The notes under the pieces are model-generated. The model searched no databases. It was given only the letters and a program-made list of their open reading frames with translations, and had not been told where the DNA came from. The translations under genes were made by a program, and so were the position numbers. A DNA stretch of 64,000 bases, taken from IMG/VR virus record IMGVR_UViG_3300045974_000167, positions 1 to 64,000 of that record, one strand, 5' to 3'. Positions 11,601 to 18,777 of the stretch are shown here, piece after piece. Source of the DNA: a virus. Numbering within the stretch: the first letter of the stretch is position 1; each line of letters starts with the position of its first letter.

Positions 11601-14600
11601 AGAGGATTGGCGCACTAACGGAGACCATGACTATTTGTACCCGTTGTTCCTCACACTCAACGTCCAGGGGCGGCTGCGGGTGCTGTCCACTATGGCGTAT
11701 GCCGCTGGGGGGTTCAGCCATTACGTGGTTGCCCCAACCGGATGGACGTTGGAGATCGGGCCGGTCGGAAGCGGCGCTAGACTGGAAGTGGATTTCGATG
11801 CCGACGCAGGAGTAACCCTTCTCAACACGCTGACGCGGGACAGGGTTCCCAGGCTAGTTGTTGCTGCGAGGGCATCTAGCGGCAACTGTTTTATCGCAAC
11901 CCGCACCGGGGATGTCATCACTACCCCCGTCAATGGGTCCGACCATGTTAGGACTCCCGGGACTTGGACTTCGCGTAGCGTGCCCAACTTCCAGAACGCC
12001 TACGTGACCAACCCGATGCCAGCACTCAACGGCATCGTAGACGTTCCCGATGGGGAGAGCACCAACATTGTTCTGCTCCGGTCCTCTGCCCCCACGGTAG
12101 AGTTCCTGCGGGCAGACACCCTTGCGGCTTGTAGGGCTGACGCCCGTGTCTCGCAGAATAGTTTCACAAGTCACGCCGGGACTGCTGAGATGGTTTCGGC
12201 CAACCCGACTCCATGGGGGACATACGGTGGAGCGGCTAACACCCTAACCGGAGGGCTCCAGTGGTATGACGGTCGGATCGTGGATGACCTGCCGACCGCG
12301 TTTTCGGCCCTGATGCAGCATCCTCACGGCGGCGCGACTGGGTTCCGGGTTTCCGGTGGAAATCTATACGCCCAGCGGTACTATGATCGGCTAAGGCTCT
12401 CCCCTGAGACCGCTGCTGCTGTTTCATCTGGGTCTAATATCCTGCCCTGTAACAAGGCGTGGGAGGGTCTCCCGATGGCTGTACTGGTCGGGAATGACAC
12501 TACTGGGTACGATATTTTCACGGCAACGTCTGCCATGGATATCTCCCGTTTGGACGCGCCCACCCGCGACCTCGCGGGGCGCTACACCACGGGGGCGTTG
12601 GAGATCGGAACGAACGTCGTTGCCCAGGACGATTCTGGTCTGCGCGGGCTTCGCAAGGGGCACGGGTACAACACCTTCTATGCGACTTGGCAGTGGGACG
12701 AGGACTCGATCAACGGCGACCACAACGGTCTGATGAACCACGCCGGAACCGGGAAGCTGAAGATCCTCGGCGGCAAGGGGCAGACCGCACGCATCCACAT
12801 CCTCAACACTTCGCTCGGCGGCGGGGCTTGGATCAATGAAGAGTTCTATCCCTATGGTTATTTCCCGCAAGGTGGGTACAACGGCTCGCCCGAATTAATT
12901 GGCGGGCTTGAGTACCCGATGATTCGGGTTCACGTATGGTTCATCTCGCAGGACGGCGGATTTACCTTTGAGCCGGTTCTAGGAACCCAATGGATCCCCT
13001 GCGGGGAAAGTTTCGGGGGCGAGGTAATACTCAATCTTCCCGTATTACAATCTGATAATGTATGGATTACGCATGAAATCCCCAATGATCTAGAGACTTG
13101 GCAACTGAAGGTTACGGAGTGGCGGGCGCGGTCTGCTAATTCTGGGGACACGGCTTACGGGCTTGTGCATAACGTAGCCTCCAACGGGGATTTGATGTAT
13201 CTGGGGGCTAATTCCGCCAAGTTAAGTTTAACCGCATCAGATAGCGAGCTTCTTCCAAGCAACCGCCCGATGCGGGTTTGGGATCCTACGGAGCCGGGTA
13301 ACTTAACTGGTGTTGGGTGCGACTCATGGAAGGGTCTATTACTAGAGGATACGACCACATTAGAGGGTCGAGTATCCAAGTGCCTAATAATCAACTACGG
13401 TGACGAGGACTCCTCCGAGCAGACAGCGGGCCGGAACATGCTGCACGCAATCGATTTCCTACTGGGCGGATCCGCACGAGCAAAAGCTCTATTAAGGAAG
13501 TTCTCGTTCCTATATATCCCCGTCGCGGCGCAGGCCGAGGTTAAATACGGTCGCGCCCGTTATCATTGGGACGCCACCGACAACGGGGACGGGACGTTCC
13601 AGCCCGCGATGCCTGGATCCCTCACGCCGAACGGCACCGCCAAGTACCCGTGGGGTAACTGGGGGAAGGTATTTAGCAGGTTATTGCTAGCTCTATATGA
13701 TCAGTGGGCAGAACATTACCCGGCTACTGCAACGCTCACCAAAGATCAGACGAACTGTGTCTTTTCACTCTGCACTTATCATTGCGATACTCATAACAGA
13801 TACACGCCGCAGCCAGCCCCACTTGTTCCTCCGTTCGTGAACCTGGCTTTCCCAGGAAAAACACCGCAGGAATCGCTCGACCTCTATAAGCAGAGGTTCC
13901 TCGTCACAGCATGGAGGGAGCATGTCGCCAATCAGGAGGCGACCGGTTATGTAGCTCCACTTCAATCGGGCGCTGCCAGCATTCCTCATGGCGGAACGTC
14001 GTTCCTCTATGAGACCTTCTGGAACGCTCCTCTGGCCAAAGTAACTGTGTGGCCAGGGGATGACATCATGCAGAACTTTGCCAAGGCCCATCTAGATGGT
14101 ATCTCCATGGCGGGTGCGGCATTCGATGTATACGACGAAACAATGGAGGACGCTGGTTGGGGGAAGGATACCGTCTATGATACCCGCGTCCAGAATGCAA
14201 TTGCAGCAGAGGCCGTAGAGGCAAAGGGTGTTGTTACCGATAAGGTAACGGGGACTGAGATTCCCGCTGAACGTGTAATTGCTCCCGACGCCAGCGTTAC
14301 GCAGATGCAGGCCGCAGAAGTAGCTGCACAAGCGGCTAAGGCGGGGGATCAGGCACTTGGCGGATTCCTACAGTCCGATGTTGTTACGGGCGCTGCTAAG
14401 GCCGGGGATGTAAGCGACGACCACAAGGCATTCACGGAGGCGGGTACTGGTGGTGCCCAGGCCGGGGATACTTCTACTTCCGGTAGGGTTGCCACCGAAG
14501 CCCAGGCAGGCGCGGCGCAGGCCCCCGGGGCGGTTGCTGATGGAGTTGTTCCCGGGGCCGGTCCCACGATTATTACTGAAACCGTTACCGGGGTGGCTGC

Positions 14601-15117
14601 GGCCGGGGAAACCGTACAGGACTCCGCTCCCCATACTCCGCAAACGATTGCAGAGGTTGTAACCGGTTCAGGTAGGGCTGCGTCCGAGGTAGAGCATATC
14701 CTTGGCGGGGCTAGTTTTGAGGGCAAACCTGTATGGCCGATTTCTCTACAATCCCCGTTCGCAGAGAGCGAACCCTCCTACGCCCCGGTAGATAACTTCA
14801 TTTCGTCTACTGTAGATGTCGGCCCGCCGAAGCAGCGCCGCCGGTTCACTGGGAAGATCGAGATTTTCACCTTCTCGATGATTCTAACCAAGGCCCAGCG
14901 TAACGCCTTCCAGGCGTGGTACTGGGGAAGCCCCCTAATCGGGGGTATTGCGGAAATTACCCCGTTCGTATGGAAAGACTTTAGGAAGTACGGAACCCCC
15001 GCGATATACAAGTTCACCAAGCCGTACAAAGAGAGTTATGTTGCCGGGGATTCTAGAACCTCGTCAACATCAGAGGCGTATTGGCGTATTGATATCGAAC
15101 TGGAGAAATTACTGTAA
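8644..15117 (+). CDS. Giant multidomain tail protein: lectin/Ig-like domains, stalk repeats, M14-carboxypeptidase-like domain, C-terminal Dit paralogue
   Basis: ATG 8644 overlaps upstream TAA; last ~130 aa align with 6138..6515; M14-like motifs at ~12590-14150. Confidence 0.8.
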   Translation: MAPRTDSFTGTTGAAISATNWSAVYGSLTILTNRVRASVGSSAARWNPSDLTFSPDQKASAAMYGVPVNSTGCGPAVRMGADRQCYALLSYHYDDGDTITYQGLRLYRFNTSGAAVAQLWDSGDVGIVFNGAVVSELEIVGSTLVVRHDGTQLWTGTDTTLTTGQPGIFFWSSGTGCILDTFSADEVGVGAAVYTETIAEKVSAPGEVTDRANREYESPTGVATSVDVVADAMVGNLAFIGCSPVYSVTGNGTTWNLPAGTQPGDLILLLGKGTPWPSTGWSAFGSSSDDYWKIAGSETSVTVIASGQTYGVILTFRFTGPIPLIASDTAAGVANGVSPRTGSKILVVYKANGLANLPAPTLAAGAYTTLLGGGGTSTGSVYVFTGANTTVAGTTANQGVAVSPGAWGGFQIGIQPLPVTVEEGVQEGAQAKDTVADVFHDINIDETVSGVAQAKEAPPSDPERDHIPGPLWEDITDVATAKIAVIMGKPNTQIEVQFAAFGGSDAYSGLVKSRTPGSDGVISLDRDKYLGRRLQLGKADPAGTNPVGDRVILRAVNSAIPKGGNGQVGRATLILTPATVWTFDDSQAVAGPICKVHGSQLNPQSVSPATALAETLTGDYGTIAMQSAWAVNDPYITKVAPGQTTNVGPTWLMGGRGQQTHTKARPQNPWEIDVTSLVNARITAAQDTSICLDFSPSGRTDLKTVCEFYGSLYPELAPRLEIDPFGASNIDIVGIDSGTPRMTVTVPVGGTLASIEWGYDTTYSGGYVTGPSKVDVWPTDNPYDFSMLETSARVYVRVTLAYGEGDDRKVELLRQFATPKVFRPALTKLASYPAAMRPRAPITLQSSAAGESCFWVQDFSTTWIAFKGFTTAPICIDENAGTWSNAFDPEALATTATGPAGATISDVGAAYYDHTSGAYYLPIVTLRGGLFDVSYVLAPTHFSTSWNIWDMQFVRPDINGGGYVQSINGINSAGAINGNSLAMGRVEDWRTNGDHDYLYPLFLTLNVQGRLRVLSTMAYAAGGFSHYVVAPTGWTLEIGPVGSGARLEVDFDADAGVTLLNTLTRDRVPRLVVAARASSGNCFIATRTGDVITTPVNGSDHVRTPGTWTSRSVPNFQNAYVTNPMPALNGIVDVPDGESTNIVLLRSSAPTVEFLRADTLAACRADARVSQNSFTSHAGTAEMVSANPTPWGTYGGAANTLTGGLQWYDGRIVDDLPTAFSALMQHPHGGATGFRVSGGNLYAQRYYDRLRLSPETAAAVSSGSNILPCNKAWEGLPMAVLVGNDTTGYDIFTATSAMDISRLDAPTRDLAGRYTTGALEIGTNVVAQDDSGLRGLRKGHGYNTFYATWQWDEDSINGDHNGLMNHAGTGKLKILGGKGQTARIHILNTSLGGGAWINEEFYPYGYFPQGGYNGSPELIGGLEYPMIRVHVWFISQDGGFTFEPVLGTQWIPCGESFGGEVILNLPVLQSDNVWITHEIPNDLETWQLKVTEWRARSANSGDTAYGLVHNVASNGDLMYLGANSAKLSLTASDSELLPSNRPMRVWDPTEPGNLTGVGCDSWKGLLLEDTTTLEGRVSKCLIINYGDEDSSEQTAGRNMLHAIDFLLGGSARAKALLRKFSFLYIPVAAQAEVKYGRARYHWDATDNGDGTFQPAMPGSLTPNGTAKYPWGNWGKVFSRLLLALYDQWAEHYPATATLTKDQTNCVFSLCTYHCDTHNRYTPQPAPLVPPFVNLAFPGKTPQESLDLYKQRFLVTAWREHVANQEATGYVAPLQSGAASIPHGGTSFLYETFWNAPLAKVTVWPGDDIMQNFAKAHLDGISMAGAAFDVYDETMEDAGWGKDTVYDTRVQNAIAAEAVEAKGVVTDKVTGTEIPAERVIAPDASVTQMQAAEVAAQAAKAGDQALGGFLQSDVVTGAAKAGDVSDDHKAFTEAGTGGAQAGDTSTSGRVATEAQAGAAQAPGAVADGVVPGAGPTIITETVTGVAAAGETVQDSAPHTPQTIAEVVTGSGRAASEVEHILGGASFEGKPVWPISLQSPFAESEPSYAPVDNFISSTVDVGPPKQRRRFTGKIEIFTFSMILTKAQRNAFQAWYWGSPLIGGIAEITPFVWKDFRKYGTPAIYKFTKPYKESYVAGDSRTSSTSEAYWRIDIELEKLL

Positions 15118-15596
15118 TGGCTAGGCAACTTTCACTGCCCGCCCTGCGGGCGTTGTTTGCCCAGGAGACCGGGGAAGTATTCCTGATGTGTCTGACGCTT
15201 ACCCATAGCTCATTCCCGGCACCTATCCGGGTAGTTTTTAACAATGAACCTATTACCCGTTACGCCGGGGTATTCGAGCCCGCAGCATTTGAGGTTACTC
15301 TACCTGAGGACGAACAGGATAAGTTACCTCAGATTCAACTGAGCATTGAGAACGTAGATAGATCCATCTCCGAGGCGGTTAGAACCATCGTCGGAAGGGT
15401 TAACGTGACCATGGAGCTGGTATTAGCCAGCTCCCCCAACGTGTTAGAGGTTGGGCCATTCACGTTCCAGTTAATGTCCTGCACCTACGATGCTATGAAA
15501 CTAACTGGGGTACTGGGATTAGAGGACGATTTACTGAATACCTCGTTCCCTAGCTTGACGTACACCCCTAACAACTCCCCCGGGCTATTCCGCTAA
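15117..15596 (+). CDS. Tail tip protein (DUF1833 / gpL-like)
   Basis: 'LFAQETGEVFL..LTLTH', 'F.VTLPED', 'L.IENVD', 'YTP...PGLF'; synteny. Confidence 0.85.
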   Translation: MARQLSLPALRALFAQETGEVFLMCLTLTHSSFPAPIRVVFNNEPITRYAGVFEPAAFEVTLPEDEQDKLPQIQLSIENVDRSISEAVRTIVGRVNVTMELVLASSPNVLEVGPFTFQLMSCTYDAMKLTGVLGLEDDLLNTSFPSLTYTPNNSPGLFR

Positions 15597-15597
15597 T

Positions 15598-15999
15598 ATG
15601 CAACCTTGGGTAGAGTCATACGTAGGACTAGAGTTCGGGGACCACGGGCGCGGGCCGACTTACGACTGTTGGGGACTAGTTAAAACAGTCTTAAGGGAAC
15701 AGTACGGGGTTACTGCCCCCGACTTCGGAACAGACTACACACACACGGAAGATCGTGATACTGTGGTCGGTGCATTCGGTGCCCGTGCTACGGACGAATG
15801 GGTTAAGGTAGAGGACTGCCAGGAGGGAGATGTAATCATCCTCACCATAGCGGGTAAGCCGATGCATTGCGGCATCGTAATAGGCCCCCGCCAAATGCTG
15901 CACATCAGACCTTCTGTTGGGAGTTGCATAGAATCCTATGACCGACCTATCTGGCAGCGCAGAATCGAAGGCTTCTACCGCCATCGTTCTCGCGTCTGA
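15598..15999 (+). CDS. NlpC/P60 tail assembly protein (gpK-like)
   Basis: DCWGLV and HCGI catalytic motifs. Confidence 0.9.
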   Translation: MQPWVESYVGLEFGDHGRGPTYDCWGLVKTVLREQYGVTAPDFGTDYTHTEDRDTVVGAFGARATDEWVKVEDCQEGDVIILTIAGKPMHCGIVIGPRQMLHIRPSVGSCIESYDRPIWQRRIEGFYRHRSRV

Positions 16000-18766
16000 C
16001 GTAGCCCCGATTTTTCCTGCAACTGATTGCAGAGAAATTACCTTAGTCGGGAAACCCCACCCGTTAAAGACTGAGGTATTTCACTCAACCATCCGGGAGG
16101 GGATGAATATCTCCCAGATTCTTGAGGGATTAGACTCCAACCGACTGGATATTCGTCTGAATGGGTGGCGCGTCCCGCAGGATTTGTGGCACCTAGTAAA
16201 GCCTAAGGCCGGAACAACCCTCGAAATCGTCGCATACCCGCAGGGCGGCTCTAAGGGTGGGAAACTCGCGCTCCAAATCCTTGGGGCCTTAGCCATCGTC
16301 GTCCTGTCTGTTGTATCTTACGGCGTCCTATCCGGCCCGTTAGGCACTACCTTCGCAGGTATAATTGCGGCCAGCATCAGCGTGTTGGGCAATCTAGCTC
16401 TAAACGCGCTCATCAAACTCCCTAAGGACGATTCGTTCTCGGATTCAAGTTCAGGTACCGCCAACCCACGACTCACCGGGGTTGGGAACCGGGCGAACCC
16501 CTACGGTACTATCCCCCTAGTTATTGGAGAGTACGTAATCTTCCCCCCGCTAGCTGCGGGAGTCTTCTCCGTTACTGAAGGCGACCAGCAATTCGTAAAT
16601 CTCCTGTTCGATTTCGGGCAAGGGGATTTATTGATCGACCAGCTTAAGTTCGGCTCTACGAATATCGAAACCTTCGGCGGGGATGTGGTTTACGAGGTCG
16701 GCGGGCCTTCTGCCCCCCCGATGCTGTACCGTAACGACGTAGATGAGGCCGAGATTTCGTACCCGTTTGAACAGGTGAATCTGCCCGTTACACGGGTTAC
16801 CGCGACGAATGTTAATGAAATTGGGGTAGATTTCTCGTTCCCCCAAGGGTTGTTCGGGGTTAACTCTGAGGGGAACATTTACCCAGGCACGACTCAACTA
16901 AAGGTAGAGGTTCGTGCCATCGGGGAAGCCTGGGTAAACACCGCCTCCCTTGGAGAGTTCACCTCTGTTGGGTGGAAAACTGCGAAGGCAACTGCGACCA
17001 ACACTAACACCACGGCCAAGGGGTCAGGAGCCACCGCGTATTGGGAAGTCTCCTCCTTTACCAAGATCCCATTCACTACCGGCCTAGTAATCGTCCCTCC
17101 CAAAGACTTCACAGGTCGGCAGTTTGAAATCCAAGTCACGCTGCTCGCTACTGAATTCGGGTTAACCGAGAAGTCGTACAACCATATCTTTAACGAAGAT
17201 CACGCCAGCCCGATCCCTATCCCCCTTAACTTTGAGGAAGATCCGACTGTAATGGTCGTGCTCCCCCTCTCTTTTGTGGGCGTAGGGGTGATTAAGCCAG
17301 AGCCCCTGCTGCCCGCCGATTACACGGTTAGCGGCGCAGGCAATAGGTACATCACGCTAAACACGGCCAACCTAAACGTGCAGCGTGTGAACTCCCCCAC
17401 CGGGATTGGTGGGTTCGTATCCATCGGATACAAGGTAAACGACACCCGCGCCTTGAGTAAGGCCCAGGCCGTTACTTGGTCTACCCTAAGGTCAACCACC
17501 TACCGGTGCCCAAGCACTACGCCCACCACCAAAATCGCCATGAAACTTCGGGCGAGTGAGGAATTAAAGGGTAACGTAAACCAGTTAAGCGGTAGAGTCC
17601 GTCAGCGCATCCATGTCTATTCCGGTTTACCTGGGGAAGACATCAACAACCATGAAACGTGGGCGTTGCAGCCTAGTCGAAACCCGGCCTGGATTTATTA
17701 CTGGTTGCTTACTGAATGCCCCGCTAACCCACGACTAGTAGACTCTTCTAGGGTCGATGTACTAGCCTTGTATTCCTGGGCGCAGTATTGTGATTCATAC
17801 GGGTTCGTGTATAGCTCGCTGTTAGATTCGTCTTCTACGCTGGGGCAGATATTAATCGATGTCTGCGCCGCTGGGCGTGCTACTTTCTGTAACCGCGATG
17901 GGAAGTACAGCATCGTTCGTGACGTTCAGCAGTCAGCCCCCGTACAATACTTCACCCCGAACAATAGCTCTGGGTTTACCGGAACAAGAATGTTCCCGGA
18001 TAAAATTCATTGCTTGATCTGTAAGTTCCCTAACCCCGCCGCAGGATATCAGGAGGATGAGTGCCGGGTGTACGACCAAAACTACTCGGACGCCACCCCT
18101 GATTTGAAGACAGAGGCTATTACATTCTCTGGCATCCCGTCCCCGGATGCTATTTGGCGGCTGGCGAGGTACCACCTTGCTGTGTCCCGGCTGCGGCAGA
18201 ATGAATACACCTGGAAAACTGATATCGAGCATATCGTCTGTCAGCGCGGCGACCTCGTGAAGTTCAACCACGATGTCGTGAACTGGGGTTCCGGGTTCTC
18301 ACGCATCAAGTCAATTGTGGGATCTGTTATCACGCTTGATGAACCCATCACCCTGTCGGACGGTACGTACACCCTCAGAGTTCGTAAACAGGACGGTACG
18401 AGCGTTGCGGCCTCCTGTACCTATTCCACCCCCGGCGTCTTTATCGGATCGCTCCCGGGGGCGTACGCTGGCGACCTCGCAATGATCGGAACGGTCGGCC
18501 AAGAATCCGTAAATCTGATCATCACCAAGATCACACCCGGCCAGGATCTAGTTGCTACCATCTCTGCCGTGGATGAGGCCCCCGAAGTTTACTCAGTGGA
18601 TACCCCGGTTCCTGCCGGATGGTTCAACTCTACAATCGCCCAGCCGTACCATGACCCTCCTAATCCGCCATCCATAAAGATTACGAACGGGGAAAGTATT
18701 GGGACCGATTATGAGCTTGATATTGTTGTTTTCCCCGGGGTACAGTATTCCAACACAGGAATTTAG
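15938..18766 (+). CDS. Tail tip / host-specificity protein (gpI+gpJ/TipJ-like)
   Basis: N-terminal ubiquitin-like gpI part plus hydrophobic segment; 'N.ANPYG.IP', 'SRNPAW', 'RDGKYSIV.D', 'RGDLV' motifs. Confidence 0.88.
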   Translation: MTDLSGSAESKASTAIVLASDVAPIFPATDCREITLVGKPHPLKTEVFHSTIREGMNISQILEGLDSNRLDIRLNGWRVPQDLWHLVKPKAGTTLEIVAYPQGGSKGGKLALQILGALAIVVLSVVSYGVLSGPLGTTFAGIIAASISVLGNLALNALIKLPKDDSFSDSSSGTANPRLTGVGNRANPYGTIPLVIGEYVIFPPLAAGVFSVTEGDQQFVNLLFDFGQGDLLIDQLKFGSTNIETFGGDVVYEVGGPSAPPMLYRNDVDEAEISYPFEQVNLPVTRVTATNVNEIGVDFSFPQGLFGVNSEGNIYPGTTQLKVEVRAIGEAWVNTASLGEFTSVGWKTAKATATNTNTTAKGSGATAYWEVSSFTKIPFTTGLVIVPPKDFTGRQFEIQVTLLATEFGLTEKSYNHIFNEDHASPIPIPLNFEEDPTVMVVLPLSFVGVGVIKPEPLLPADYTVSGAGNRYITLNTANLNVQRVNSPTGIGGFVSIGYKVNDTRALSKAQAVTWSTLRSTTYRCPSTTPTTKIAMKLRASEELKGNVNQLSGRVRQRIHVYSGLPGEDINNHETWALQPSRNPAWIYYWLLTECPANPRLVDSSRVDVLALYSWAQYCDSYGFVYSSLLDSSSTLGQILIDVCAAGRATFCNRDGKYSIVRDVQQSAPVQYFTPNNSSGFTGTRMFPDKIHCLICKFPNPAAGYQEDECRVYDQNYSDATPDLKTEAITFSGIPSPDAIWRLARYHLAVSRLRQNEYTWKTDIEHIVCQRGDLVKFNHDVVNWGSGFSRIKSIVGSVITLDEPITLSDGTYTLRVRKQDGTSVAASCTYSTPGVFIGSLPGAYAGDLAMIGTVGQESVNLIITKITPGQDLVATISAVDEAPEVYSVDTPVPAGWFNSTIAQPYHDPPNPPSIKITNGESIGTDYELDIVVFPGVQYSNTGI

Positions 18767-18777
18767 GTGAGATACCC

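Noticed and set aside
6138-15117. Dit duplication as a DGR template/variable repeat pair
   Set aside because: Divergence is not adenine-specific and no reverse transcriptase is in the window
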